In this document: positions 51,364 through 64,000 of the stretch, in pieces
Layout of the letters: each line of letters opens with the position of its first letter
Position numbering within the stretch: the stretch's first letter is position 1
From: Selaginella moellendorffii
Taxonomy: Eukaryota; Plantae; Lycopodiophyta
Direction: 5' to 3'
DNA length: 64,000 nt
NCBI RefSeq assembly: GCF_000143415.4
Contig: NW_003314290.1
Location: 1,045,586-1,109,585, forward strand
The notes under the pieces: generated by a model
The model's input: the letters and a program-made list of their open reading frames with translations, nothing else
Told to the model about the DNA's origin: nothing
Database searches by the model: none
Program-made: the position numbers and the translations under genes

Positions 51364-53115
51364 ACGACGATGGAAACAGAGAAGTAGAAAAGGAAACGAG
51401 GACCAGGTCTGAAGACGCTCGAGAGAGAGAGCCGAAGCGAATGTTATGTGTGAGTCTTTCTCCTGAGGAACAAGGTATTTCAGGCCCGTTTGCGTCATTG
51501 CTTACATACCTTGGCTTCACAGGAACACTAAGATATAGCCATCTAAGTGCTTTGTTTCTTCTTTCTGCTGTTGGGCCTTCCTTGTCAAAAGCGTTTGTTT
51601 ATTGTTACACTACACAGGAACTGCTTACGTATTCTCGAACAACTTGCATTGCCAAAAGGGTCCCATCGATCGACGCATCAGAATGCTACCCGGTATAGTC
51701 TTTTTTTTTCTCTCTTCAAGTCTTGCGCTGTCCTGAAGTGTTTGTTTTCTTCCAGTTGCATCGCTAATTGTGTGTGTGCCTTCCAGGTAACAGGCCATCT
51801 CCGTTGTCCATTTGCGATTCAAGTATCACAAAGCGCAGTATCAAAAAGGAACAGGAACAGCGATCTACACTTATCTTTAGAGCCGACAAGTTGGAATTTT
51901 TCGGCCAAAGAAGTATGAGGTGGTACTTACATGCAAGCAAAGGTGCTTCAGCTCTTTCTTCTCATATAAAGCTTTCGAAAGCCTTCCAAAGTAGGTGGCA
52001 AGTGGATAGAACGGGAAAGCTTTGAAAAATTGGCTTTTGGGCGAGATTGCAAGGAATGGGGGTGCGAATCTCTCCGCCAAACACCGACGACTTTCTGCTC
52101 AGTTGGCACACAGGGATCTGGAACGCAAAGCGCACGACCCAGCGAAAGAATGCAAAAACAATTCCCAGAGGTCGGGCATGCACGTTGGTTGACTCGTGCT
52201 TGCACAGGAGCCTGTGATCCAGCGACGGGAAACGTTTTGGCTCTGATATGGACGTCGCGTGCCGCAGAGCTTTGAAAGAATGAAGCGGACACACAACAAG
52301 TTTATAAAGTCATCGCTAGCGCATGAACATACACAAGGCGGAGAAGAGCTACTGCCGTCTTCGTCTCTTCGTTTCTTGGCGGGCGCCGCCGATCCAAGTC
52401 AGTCGCCGGGAGGAGCAAAAGCCAGATTCGCCGCTTAGATCTCCTCTGGATGACTGAAACGCCTGCATGTCGTGCGTGAAAACTCGAGCTCCTGGCGGGG
52501 CGAAAGTGGTTCTGATCTCCACTTCTTTCTCCATCGGAGATTCTCGGCCCCAGAGGTTCTGCAAGCGATCTTGGCTACGTCTCTCGACAGCAGCGCAGCA
52601 AACATCATCTCGTCAGCGTCTTAATTGCGATGTTTTTTAACGCATTTGGATGAAGCGTGCAGTGCAACAAACATCTTTATGGTGATCTGTTCCGGGTCTG
52701 TTCTTGCTATACGATTGTGCGAGAGAGAGAGAGAGAGGGACGAGACGAGAGGCGCACGGAAGCGCAAAATCTTCCTTGCCCGATAAAACTCTGAAAGGAA
52801 CCGGCGAACCATCCAGCCTCGCTGTTGCCATATCAGAGAAAAAAAGAAAAAGTAAGGTGCCCAAGAACACAAAAAACTATCTTTATCGAGGACTGAAAGA
52901 GCGAAACAAAGCTTGATCGACACAAAAACCCCGGTCGAGGATGAACTCTATCGGCAGGACGAGACTGAGAAATTATCGATTCCAACCTGTCGAAAGTGGA
53001 AGATTTCTTATGTACAAGTACGCCAGCCTCATCGTCCTCTCGGAGAAGGAACAGCGATTGAGCTATCCAAAAACTGGAAAGGAGGAAACCAAGACCGAAC
53101 CTTTCGTCTTCCTTT

Positions 53116-54060
53116 CTAGTCCTTGACGAAGGCGAAGGCCATGTCCCGGAAAGCCATGGTGGCGGGCGACTGCATCGGCCCAAACAGCCTGCTGCGAGGA
53201 GAGAGGCCGTGAAACTCGGAAGAAGAGGAGCTCATCGTCGTCCAGAGATCGAACTCGGGGAGGAAGTCCGCGTGGGAGATTCCACTGGGAGTGAAAATGG
53301 GCGACCATGGCTGCTGCTGCTGGATCGTCATCTGTGGAACGTAGACCGATGGCTCGCCATTGGAAGCGAGCGAGGAGGAGGTGGAGAAGGGATTGGGGAG
53401 GAACTGGCGGTGCTGATCTCCAAACGCGAGCCCCGCGGCATCGAAGCTGACCAGGGGGCTTTTCGGCGACGCGAGCAGTGGATTCGCCAGGCGGTGGAAG
53501 GGATTGCCCGAGTCGGAGCTGGATGCCGGCGAGAGGAGGAGGTGCTCCACCTTGAATTGCTGCTGCAGGTCGGAAATGGAGGAGGAATCGTCGTCCCCGG
53601 CGGAGGAGGAGCGGAGGAGCTCTGGATCTTCGGCTTCCTCGCTGCTGGGCGAGCCGGATAATTGGTGGCGGTGGCGCTGATTGATCACTGTCTCCTCCTC
53701 CACGATCTCCCGCTTCCAAGGAGAGGAATTCCTGGCAGTGGTGGGCATGGATCTGGGCGAGTGGGATGGGCTGCTGGGCATGAAGGTGGGCAGCACTGCC
53801 GGCTTGGAGCTCTTGCATCGCATCCGGGTGTCCGATGATCCGGTGAGGCGCTGGACGAGCCACATGAAATTGGTGGCGTCGGTCTCGATCACTTTGGGGG
53901 AGTACGTGTGGATGATCACGGGCTGCCGGTACTGCACCACGGGCAGCGGCACCGGCGGCTTGCGGATCGCCCTGGAATCCTTGCTCATCTTGAGCGCCGA
54001 GGGCCTGCTCCTCCTCGCGCTGGCGCCAGTGGCGCCACCGCCGCTGCCTCCTTGATCCAT
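53116..54060 (-). CDS. VQ-motif protein (MKS1-like), intronless
   Basis: RPSALKMSKDSRAIRK..PVIIHTYSPKVI..FMWLVQRLTG. Confidence 0.92.
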   Translation of the reverse strand: MDQGGSGGGATGASARRSRPSALKMSKDSRAIRKPPVPLPVVQYRQPVIIHTYSPKVIETDATNFMWLVQRLTGSSDTRMRCKSSKPAVLPTFMPSSPSHSPRSMPTTARNSSPWKREIVEEETVINQRHRHQLSGSPSSEEAEDPELLRSSSAGDDDSSSISDLQQQFKVEHLLLSPASSSDSGNPFHRLANPLLASPKSPLVSFDAAGLAFGDQHRQFLPNPFSTSSSLASNGEPSVYVPQMTIQQQQPWSPIFTPSGISHADFLPEFDLWTTMSSSSSEFHGLSPRSRLFGPMQSPATMAFRDMAFAFVKD

Positions 54061-54404
54061 CACTGCGCTGTGCTGCTGCGGCGCGGTGTTGTAGCGATCG
54101 AATCGAAGAAAAAATTCGCCACTGGACACCCAAACCTGCGAGAACTTTCCTGGCGGCGCTGGAAGATCCGGCCGGATTTTCGGATGGAATTGGAGCGGTA
54201 CACCACACCCCGCGCACACTTTCCTCCGAAGCGATCGAATGGAAATGATTTGGGGAAAAGCCTCTCTCATTTATATACCGCGAAAGAGAAGGGGTATATT
54301 CCGTCCGTGCGAGGAATCGTGATTGACGGCGTCCACGGGCAGACGAGGTCTGGGCACTGCCGCGTGGAATATAACGAACAGTATATCTCATTCCAAGGTT
54401 ATAG

Positions 54405-54695
54405 GGTCAAGGTCAGTCAGTCCAGGTGAGGCAGCGGTTGTACGGGTCTGCCGTACGAACACCGCGTACGCGTTAAAATCCTTATAATCCGGATTTTGCG
54501 GAAATGTGGCGTCCATGATCCATCCAGAAGAATGTATAGGGGAGATGAGAGCACGAAACCTCTCTTTTCTTAGACTAGGCAAGCTATGGCTATGGTAACT
54601 ACGCACAGTTTTATTAAAGTTCCATCTTGGTGGTCCTGGGAAAAGAACAGTTAAGTGAATTGTTGACTTTTGGGATACCAAAGGGGGAAGGTCAA
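54405..54695. promoter_or_regulatory. Putative W-box cluster upstream of the VQ gene
   Basis: GGTCAA at 54405 (followed by GGTCAGTCAGTC), TTGACT at 54663, GGTCAA at 54690. Confidence 0.35.
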
Positions 54696-55528
54696 ATCTC
54701 GTGCTGGAATCGCGATTAGGGCAAACCATTAGAAAACTTGTTTCTTGTGTTTAAAAAAATAGGATGTTGCGAGGATCCGCGAATTGATCTGGAGGTAGCT
54801 TCCTCAACACCTTCCTCGCTCTTGCCACGTGTGCACGTACATCTGCGCCATTAATCCCCGACAACGACGCCATTTTCTGTCCTCTGTTTGGGAGGAGAAT
54901 ATTCTATACTTTTTTTCCAGCACATGTAAAAAAGTTCTGCTTCCAGATTTTATTATTATTCTTTTTAATGGGTGTGTAAAAATCGTACACAACCATTGCT
55001 TTTCTTAATCCTTTTTATGATTATTAAACACCAACTAGGCGGTGGTTTACAGTGGACACAGCGAGCATATGGATAGATAGATTTGTCAATAGAACACTCT
55101 TTTAAGAAAAATCAGCTTTTTTTACTAAACTTGCACTACAACTTTGCATTGAGTTGGGATCACATATAAGTGTTTTTTGGCCTTTTCTTGTGTTAAAGGC
55201 TTTTGAGACTGTAAGTGTTAAACTGCCTTCTGATGTAGGTCACATATTCCTAGTTGAAACCTATAGCAGTTGAGATCACAGGGCTAATCAACAAGGAGCA
55301 TCTTACAACATTGTTAATATTGTTACTAATCAGGTGCCAACCACTGGATATTAACAAAGAGCATTCTACAAAATTGTTAATATTCAATTTTAATTTCTTT
55401 ACCTGAAAAAAAAAAAAGAACAAGGATAAAAGAAGGGTGATTGATTTCCATTGACTACCCAGAATCTTACATGTTTTGATCACTAGCTTTCCACCATCTC
55501 GGTAGAAAAAAAATTCCTCTTTAGAAGG

Positions 55529-56953
55529 CTAGCTTTTCTTCGTAGCTCGCAGCTCTTGGACCAATCTCTTCATCTTGTCCAGCTCTTGCGAAGTTTCGAC
55601 CAGGACAATCCCCCTCTGGTCGTGGATCATGCAAGCCTTGAAGATCTGCCCGCCGCAGCCATACTCGACGATGTAAGCGCCGCCATCCTCCTCGAACTGT
55701 CTCACAACATGGCTCGCCAGCCCAAGGCTGATGGATCCCTCCTCCCTCTCCATGGCAAACTTGTGATCTTCCCACTCTTTTGGAAGGCGGTGATCTCCCT
55801 CTCGCAAGAACAGGCTCATTCCTCCACCCCTCTCCAGTGATCCCGTGCCGAAGCTCACAATCATGGTGTGGTGGTGCGTTTGCTCCGGGAAATCAACCAC
55901 GCTGCCAACCTTGACGCCACCTCTGATGATCCGAGCGATCTTCTCCACTCCATGCATGATCCCGGGGAGCTGGGCGATGGCGACGAGTAAGATCACGCGG
56001 CAGGAGCAGCCCCCGGACTCGAGCGCTAGCAGCAACTTGTCACACAAGCTCTGAAGATCACCGTCCTGGCACCGGCGAAGATCCGCGATTATGAGCTTGA
56101 CGCTCCGCTTCTCGGCCAAGAGCCTGACGATCCATTCGACGCTCGTCTTGCTGCACTCGCGCACCAGGTATGGCGAGATCTCATCGCCGCCGAGCTTCTC
56201 CTGGAGACGAGAGTACCAACCAAGTGGAAGCGGCACAAGCTTGAGCGTCTTCTTCTTCTTGGCGAGCTTGGAGCAAGCCTCGGGTTCCACTCTCGCCCAC
56301 TCGTCCAGCTCCTCGTCGCTGATCCGGAGCCTCTTCTTGAGCCCGGAAACGCTGGTAACGTAGCTTGGCAAGATGTTGCTGGCGATGCACTCCTGGAGCA
56401 GCCTCTCGGCGATCAACCTCCTGTTCTTGAGCTTCTTCCCGAGCTGATCCAGAGAAGGCACGTCCATCTCGCAGCTCGGGAACTTCCGGAAGAGGCAGGC
56501 CTTGCTCGCGAGCTGCTCGGCGACGTAGAGGAGCTCTTCGTTCTCCAGCGCGCGGATGCTCACGAGGCTGGCCATGGAGATGGAGTTGCTCGGCAGGCCT
56601 CCTCCGGTGGGGAGCCTGCCATCGCCCAGCGGGAGCTTTCCTTGCGCGTTGAGCTCCAGAGCCTCCATCCATTTGTCGAAGACGTGATCGTCCGAGGCGA
56701 GCAGCCTGTGCACCGTGAATGTGTCACGGGCATCAAACGCCGAGTTGACGAAGCTCTCGAATTCCTACAAAGTTTTCAGCCTTTGGTTTTCTTTTTCTCT
56801 CCATTTTTCTGTTTGTTCTCTCTTTCTGAGAACACTTGCCTGCCATTCTCGGGAGTGAGCCTTGCCCCGGCTCGATTTTTGGGGCCGACCCATTTCCACC
56901 CATTTGCTCCTCGCGTGTCTCAGGGTCGCGTGGAATGGCTCCGGAGATGTCAT
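55529..56953 (-). CDS. Hypothetical protein, two exons with a probable GC-AG intron at 56765-56839
   Basis: 394-codon GC-rich ORF. Upstream exon MTSPEPF..REWQ joins in phase 0 via CAG|GCAAGT...TTGTAG. Confidence 0.65.
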
Positions 56954-57731
56954 GTCCCCTGGAAGGTCTGATTAGTCTGGTGGACACAGACAGATGAAAG
57001 AGAGCATACCTCGGAAGAACCACAGAAAACCCTAGATCCTTGAGTATAATCCCAAGAATCTTGTTTGCTAACAAAATGAAAGCAATATTAATATTTCTAA
57101 GTTTTTTATTTTCAATTGTTGCTGAAAATTTTCATGGGTCTGCACCTCTAAGAGATTGTAAGATTTGATATTGAGTGTTGATAGTGGTTTTATTAATTAT
57201 AATTTACAAGAATGGCAATAATATTTCCCACATTTAAAGGTAATATGTAGTGATGTTATCTTTGCTATGAAAATTATTCATTCTATTAATTTAAAAAATA
57301 TAATTTTATAAATTAATATTTTATATTAATTATTAAACATTTAATAGTGAGCTTGCATATGGTCTATTCATGATAGTTATTTATATAGCACTAGTTTAAT
57401 ATAGTTAAATGATTTATATGAAAAAACTTAAATTCATGTATCTCATGTAATTTAGACCTTTTTTTATTTGTGTTTTATATTTATATGAGGCTAATAGCTT
57501 ATATTATCTTTATCACTAAAACATCCATTTCAAGTTATGAGATTGTGAAGTCTAAGTGTACGGCTATGATGCAATATTAATATTAATGTAGTGGGATTTT
57601 AATAACCATTGGATTAAATATAAACACTTGCACTCTTATTTCAATTGTCAAACTAGGAAAAGGGCAATTGTTTGGAATAACTTCATTTGCCAACTAAAAA
57701 AGAGGTAATTATATAAACTAGTTATTTTGAT

Positions 57732-58372
57732 GGAAGGTGGGAAGAGTATTCATGAGGCTCGTGTAAAGCCACAGTGTTTGGAAATGTTCTTCCAAAGTCC
57801 CGAACTATAGAAAAGAAAAAAAATAATCCTTTTGCATAATGACCAAAGGCATAATTATGTGGTGAAGAAGTCCCAGAGATCAATGGGACTTAATGGTCAA
57901 CCTTCAGGCTTTAATTCAATAACAATGTTATTAAATATTACTATGACTAAAATAGGACATATTGAAGAAGTATTAAAGAAGAGTGTTTTTTATGTCTTTA
58001 AGCATCTTAAAGATGTTAAAGTGTGGTCATGGAATGATCACTCATAAACAGATGGCTCAGTCTTTGAGAGATAGAACTAGGGTACGTGTGATCTATTGAA
58101 TTACCAATGAGACAAGGGTAAATAAATATAACTTTAATGTAATGAATGGTACCTTTGGGGTGTTTATCATGGGATTAAACATGTGGAGCACTTGGACTCA
58201 ATGCAAAGGCTGAGTGGCATACATGTCATTCATAGGGCTAGCATGTTGTGAGACACAAAATCCCTAGGCCTCAATGTAGAGCCGAAAGGGTGCCATGTGG
58301 TAGTGGCTGCAGCGAAAGCCAAACGAGCGTAACACATTTGGACTAAAAGTTCCGACTTGAAAGGTTGAGAAC
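57732..58372 (+). repeat. Degraded LTR family B fragments
   Basis: 57732-58242 resembles 22357-22885; 58247 begins TGTGAGACACAAAATCCC, the LTR B start. Confidence 0.75.
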
Positions 58373-59116
58373 CTTAATGGTGTTCCCAAGCTTTATTGTT
58401 GCGGTCCAATTGTGTTGAGAAGATCTAGAGTGCTCAGTGAGGAGCTCAAAACTCAGCCATGCTTTGTGGAGTTGTAGGGAGGGAATCTTTGGGAGTCTCA
58501 CAATTGGTTGTAAAGACACAATGTTCCTGAGTGTGAGCAAATCAGAGTGGCAAAGAATTGGCACATGGAGAATCTTGCCACCTTTGTAGGCGAGTTAGGC
58601 AGATCATGTACAACAGTTGTCACTAAAGGCCCTAGCGCAAGGAGGAGCCAGGCAGAGTACTGGTGACCAGTTCTAAAGCAGTTGGAGAGCTGGGAGACCC
58701 ATAGAATCAACGGGACTGTGTCTCCCAAAAATCAACGGGGCTGCTGCACAGAGCATCAGCGACGCAAGGTGGCTTGATGGGCAACAATTGCTGCAAGAGG
58801 AGAGCTGGGAGCGGCCAATAACAAGCAATAACAAGCAGAAAGTCCTTAGGTGAGAGGAGGAAGAAAGGAGAGTTTGGCTTTACCCCTTTGTTCCTTTACT
58901 CCTGTGTTTAAGGGTTTGGTTTGATTTAAATTTTATTAAACACATGTATATTCTGTTGGATACTCATTTTCTCTTTGTTACAGTCCAGATCTGAGTCGGG
59001 CGCTCCCAGCAAGCCTTAGCCCGCATTGCGTCCAGGTGGGTAGAGATTATGCTGTCCATGATTGGCGATGCAATTCCAGCCTAGATTCTCTAGCTAGAGA
59101 TCCAGCAGGATGTGTG

Positions 59117-61547
59117 ATGGCTCCCAGCAAAGAGGACGAGAGACACGAGAAGATCATCCGCGGGCTGCTTAAATTGCCTGGAAATCGAAGATGCGTCAAC
59201 TGTGGTAGCCTGGTATGACAACGATTCTTGGGTCTTATCCCCTCTTTCTTGAGAATTTATCTTTTTTTCTCTTAAGCAGGGACCGCAATATGTGTGCACT
59301 AGCTTCTCCACTTTCATTTGCACACTTTGCAGCGGGATTCAGTATGTTTATTCGTTCCCTCTCTTCGATCTTTTCTCGTTTCCAGTTTCTCACTCGTACT
59401 TACAGTCGAGAATTCTTGCATCGCATCAAGTCTATTTCCATGGCCAAGTTTACTGCCGGGGAAATCAGCGAGCTCCAGGCCGGTGGAAACGATGTATGTA
59501 TCTAAATTTACAGTAGCAGCAAATTAGATTCACAGCGTTTTTCACTTGTTCGTGTAGCAAGCTCGACAGGTTTTCCTCAAGGCATGGAACTCGGACAGGA
59601 ACATATTCCCAGACAGCAGGTACTTAGATCCTTGACGTGTTTTTAGGAGAGCAAAATGATTTTTTTTCGTTTCTCATCAGCAATCCCGATAAAATCCGCG
59701 AGTTTATAAAGCTTGTGTACGTCCAGAGGCGTTTCACTGGAGAAAAGGTATAACTATACAGCCAATGTTAAACATGACCGAAAGTTCTTCTTCCCTTCCA
59801 TTCTCTTTCTGTTTTTTTTTTTTTTTTCTTTTCCAGCAGCCCAGTCGTAGTCCAATGCATGAAACTCCTGAATATCGCGAGGCTCGCCCCTCTCCTCGTA
59901 CGAGCTACGGCGGACTCGCGTACGGTAACCGAGACTTTGTGAGAACAATCCCCGGAAGAAGAGAAAACGGGGGTGCGACTGTGGAAGACAACGGTGAAGA
60001 CGACGTGAAATCTTCGCCCCAGTCGCCTCCAAACCAGAAAACAGCCAGTGGGAGTAAGAGGGAAACGGTCATTCGCCAGTTTCTACAACCTCCAGTAAGA
60101 AACATTCGCTAGTTTCTTCTTGGTTTTGCCTTTTGATCCTCGGTTCTTTTTCGTTCCAGGTGGAGAAACGCAAGGACCAGCAGCTGCAAAGAAACTACTC
60201 TAGCGGGAGCATAGTACCGGACCAAACCAGTCCCGCAGCTCGACCTCCACAAGTCCAGCGCTCAAACTCGCTCTCTCTCAAAGATCTCATGACTGACGAG
60301 AAAACTTCCCACCGGCCAGACAATCCAAAGACGCCACCACGATCCGCGACAAAGTCGAGAAGTCTGATCGATCTTAATACCGACCAGCAGCAAAAGGTAC
60401 CACACTCTAGAAGCTCGCCAGTGACAACCAAGTCAAGCTCCACACCGTGTCTGGTCGATCTCATCTCCGGCGACGCAAGCAACCACGAGAGTGTCGCCAG
60501 TACAAAGTTTCGACACGACACCGATGGCAGCCGCGACCTGATCGATCTCATCTCTTCTCCGGAGGGAGATTCCTCGCAGCCGACGCAGGTGGATCCTTTC
60601 GTGACAACGAGTTTCGCGGGTCTTGATCTGGCTGCTGATCCTTTTGCACGTAGTGGACCAGTTCAAGCTCAAACAGGCACGAATTTCACGAGTTTTAGCG
60701 CTCCTGGACCAGCCAATCTTCCACAGTCCATTCCATCAGAAGTTTCACAGGGAGTTTTACCGGGTGCTCCCCCGCAGTACCCGTCGAGCTTTCCAGGAAT
60801 TTCACCGAATTTTACCATGCCACCTTCAGTTGGCTTTCTACCAGCGGCGCCGTCGCCATCGATTTCTTCTTCGGGTGGCTTTCTATCGAATTCTGCTTTG
60901 ATGACTTTCCAGCAGTTTGATCCAGCAGCCATGAACGTTGGAGTACAAGTGAGTGATCTAAGAGACTACGCATTTCTCTCACATACGATCTCTTTTATTG
61001 TTACAGGGAGCTGTTCATCACGTGAACACTTTCGGACCTCCATCGGTAGTATTTTTATACGCAGACTTTCTTGCATGACCTCTCTTTTGTTTCTTCTCTC
61101 CAGAATCAAAGTCTGGGCTACTTTGGAGTGTCAACCAGTGTCAATCCTTTTGACCACTCCCAAAGTCAGGTAAAAGGGGAACAATTATTTGCAAAAACTC
61201 TAAACTTGAAATGTTTTTGCAGTATGCCCCTCTAGGAACTACACATGTACAAGTCCCTCCAAATTTTTACCATCCAAGTAAGAACCTGGAGAGACAAAAA
61301 AAACAGAAATTAACCTTGATTAAACCGGTTGACATCACAGATTATCATTGGGAGGCCACTCAAGTTACCATGTAAGCGTTACTCTTCATTTTTTTTTTAG
61401 GATGCTCTCTCTTTACAGGAGCTGGCACTCAAAAGTGATGTGGTGTTCGTGTAAACCTCTAACAGGCAAATTCCTCCAGTGTTCCAGCAGCACCATCCAA
61501 CAACAACAACACCATCATCGTCCTCGTCAGGCAATCCATTCGCATAA
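59117..61547 (+). CDS. ArfGAP zinc-finger protein, AGD14/NIG-like
   Basis: EDERHEKIIRGLLKLPGNRRCVNCGSLGPQYVC..CTLCSGIHREF.HRIKSISMAKFT; C-terminal GNPFA then stop. Confidence 0.92.
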
Positions 61548-62033
61548 GACGACACCAAATCATCCCAAAAAAAAACATAAAAACACATATAAAACCACAG
61601 AGAAAAGTATTTAATATGGGGAGGAGGGCCCGTTTGCTTGTTGTTGGGTTGTTGTTGCCGATTTGTTACAAGAAAACGAAAAAAAATCCTTAAAAAATAC
61701 AAGGTCCACAGCACAGAAAAAAATGGTTACAAGAAAAAAAAGGGGTTGTCTTCACCGAATATACCACCACAGGCGGTGGAATATACCGTCCCAGTTACTT
61801 GAGGAAATTAAGGCATAAATCGGGGAAGCTCTTTCACCTACCGACCGCCTCCCTCCTTTTTTCTGTGTTGTCTTTCCCTGGCTGCGATTTTTTTTTTTTT
61901 TGCCTGTGGCTCCTCCATGGCTCCATAGCCAGAGCTGTGCGAGGAAGGCCAGGAGGAAGAAGAAGATTCTGTAGTGCTTGAGTTTATAGCGAGGCTTTGC
62001 AAGTAAAAGAAAAAAAGAATCCTTACAAGTGCA

Positions 62034-62816
62034 ATGCTGCCAGGTATCGACGAGGAAGAGGCCCAGCTGCGATTGACGCTGTCGCCACCGGGTGGAGGCG
62101 GCGGCGTGGCGGCGGCACCGGCGGCGTCGCGCGCGCCCGCCGCTCATCTCCATCACGAGCGCCCGGAGGCGCCCAGCGAGGAATCGAAGAAGGCCCGCCG
62201 CCAGCTCCGCTCGGGATCGGCGTCGTCCTCCTCCAGCGATCAAGCCGCCTCGGCGGCGGTGGCGGCGAGCAAGGAGCCCCCCCCGCCGCAGCGATCCAGT
62301 CACCACCACGGCGGTGGCAGCAGCGGGAAGGGAGATATCATCGTGCCGGCGTACGCGTGGGCGAGCGAGCGGCGCGCGGTGGTGCTCTCCCTTGACACCC
62401 TGCAGGCGGCGGGGATCGACAAGGTGGCCGGGGACGTGATGTGCAAGCGGTGCGACGGCCCGGGCAGCGTCGAGGTCGGGGTGGCGGCGGGCTTCGCGGC
62501 GGTGAGCAACTACTTCGTGACCCACCGCGACACCATGCACGATCGCGCGCCCAAGTGCTGGACGTCGCCGCGCCTCCTCGACTGCTCGCTTTGCCTCCAG
62601 ACCGACTGCGTCAAGCCCGTCATCCACGCCAAGAAGCGGCACATCAACTGGCTGTTCTTGCTGCTCACGCAGACGCTCGGCCTGTGCACGCTGGACCAGC
62701 TCAAGTACTTCTGCAAGCACACGCGCCGCCACCGCACCGGAGCCAAGGATCGGGTGCTCTACCTCACCTATGTTGGCCTGCTCAAGCAGCTCCACCCCGC
62801 CGGGCATTACGACTGA
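62034..62816 (+). CDS. Plant-specific cysteine-rich protein (DUF7086-like)
   Basis: WA..RRA, CKRC, MHDRAP..W..P.L..C..C....VKPVI..K...INWLFLLL.Q.LG.CTL.QLKYFC....HRTGAKDRVLYLTY. Confidence 0.85.
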   Translation: MLPGIDEEEAQLRLTLSPPGGGGGVAAAPAASRAPAAHLHHERPEAPSEESKKARRQLRSGSASSSSSDQAASAAVAASKEPPPPQRSSHHHGGGSSGKGDIIVPAYAWASERRAVVLSLDTLQAAGIDKVAGDVMCKRCDGPGSVEVGVAAGFAAVSNYFVTHRDTMHDRAPKCWTSPRLLDCSLCLQTDCVKPVIHAKKRHINWLFLLLTQTLGLCTLDQLKYFCKHTRRHRTGAKDRVLYLTYVGLLKQLHPAGHYD

Positions 62817-64000
62817 TCGAGTTTGATCCATCCACCATATCCTTTCAATCGCTAGAAGCTCCATCCTTCCATATCCTCGTGCTGGCTGAGTCATCCTTAC
62901 CCAACTCCATTGCTACTGCTACTACTGCTACTACTGCTACTATTACAACTACTGCTGATCATGCCACTGAAGTTTACCATGCTTGCTTGCTTACTAAGTT
63001 CACTTCTTACTTGCATTTACCCACTCACTCAGTCATGGCTGACTCCATCTCTCTCACCTTCCATGGCATTACCACTTTCTTGTTTTGTGATCTCCTTGTC
63101 TCCTGTTTCTGTTTTGGAATGATTGAGTTTTGTAAGAGCTGCTCCAACCCGGGCTGCTAATGCAATATGATGCAACCTTTCTTTTCTCCTGGAACTTTGT
63201 TATATGCTTTGTTCATGAATGCAGATGAAGCTTTTCAGGTGTACATAGTGATTTGGCTGGCGACGTGATTGATCATGGGATCAAGAAGGTAAGATGTGTC
63301 TGGATTCCAAACGGTTCTAAATCGGTTTTGCCTGCTGCTGCTTATGGGAAAAACTATGAGCTTCTACGGCTCTAATCTGTGTTACAAGCTGTCGAATCTT
63401 TGTTCACAGTTGTTTCTTAATCGAGTGTATTCAGGTAGCCTGACTGAAGTTACAGACATTCTTATTACTTTCATGGTTGATTGTTGTGAGTTGACATGTG
63501 TTTTGGGAACTTGATCCCAGTATGTTCTACTCTTGGTTTTGAAGGTTCCAATGCTATGATTATAGCTGGAGAGAACTCTAGAAGAAATCAACATCTTGGG
63601 GGAGAGGGATCGGATTATAGCGAGAAGGTTAGAGGTAATCTCTAAATTCTTAGTGCAACTTTAGTGCTAAAGCTCTAATCTGTTATGAGCAAGTTGCACT
63701 TACATGGTTTACTCTTGGTTTTGAAGGTTCTAATGATCTGATTATAGCTCGAGACGAACTCTAGGGGGTTGTAGCGAAGTTAGAGATAATGTCCATTCGA
63801 TCTTAAGTTCTAAAACAAGCTGTGAGAAAGAACAAGTTAGAAGGTGATGCTCTAAGTTTCCTACACAAGTTAGGCTCTTTCGATATTGATTCTTTCCATT
63901 CAGGTCAAGGTCTAAAGACAATGCGTATGACAACTATAACATCAGGACAAATATCTACTTTAGTTTTGACATACCGTACAGAAAACATTTGGGCCATGGC

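Noticed and set aside
51400-52950. Possible small gene between PET100-like and VQ genes
   Set aside because: Only short ORFs and scattered splice-like signals; no coherent protein could be built, so probably UTR.
53063-54391. 442-aa alternative-frame ORF over the VQ gene
   Set aside because: GC-rich shadow frame with no recognisable motif.
61752-63160. 380-aa antisense and 239-aa alternative-frame ORFs
   Set aside because: Shadows of the GC-rich DUF7086-like CDS.

Overview
Plant nuclear DNA. The compact genes, ~50-nt GT-AG introns, GC-rich exons and TTTAGGG telo-boxes suggest the lycophyte Selaginella (inference). Left part (1-29.8 kb) is accessory. 1-8.9 kb is an unidentified element with a spliced gene (ParB/Srx-like domain, degenerate permuted amino-methyltransferase-like domain, acidic tail) followed by a stop-interrupted FCP1/NIF-type HAD phosphatase. 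About 18-20 copies of a 22-bp palindrome (ATGGCRTG-N6-CAYGCCAT) are spread across it, several inside its introns, plus a 192-bp loopless palindrome. 8.9-23.4 kb is a nest of Ty3/gypsy chromovirus remnants, LTRs and a TRIM; both integrase copies contain the same two canonical-looking spliceosomal introns that split conserved motifs. 24-29.8 kb is an AT-rich island with a frameshifted bulb-lectin gene and a copia RT remnant. Right part (29.9-64 kb) is gene-dense: TOM1/TOM3-like, CWC22, CCDC124, PP2C, APC4, CENP-O-like, CIP7-like, WDR5, PET100-like, a VQ protein, a hypothetical gene, an AGD14-like ArfGAP and a DUF7086-like gene. All calls are by eye; exon boundaries are approximate unless given explicitly.
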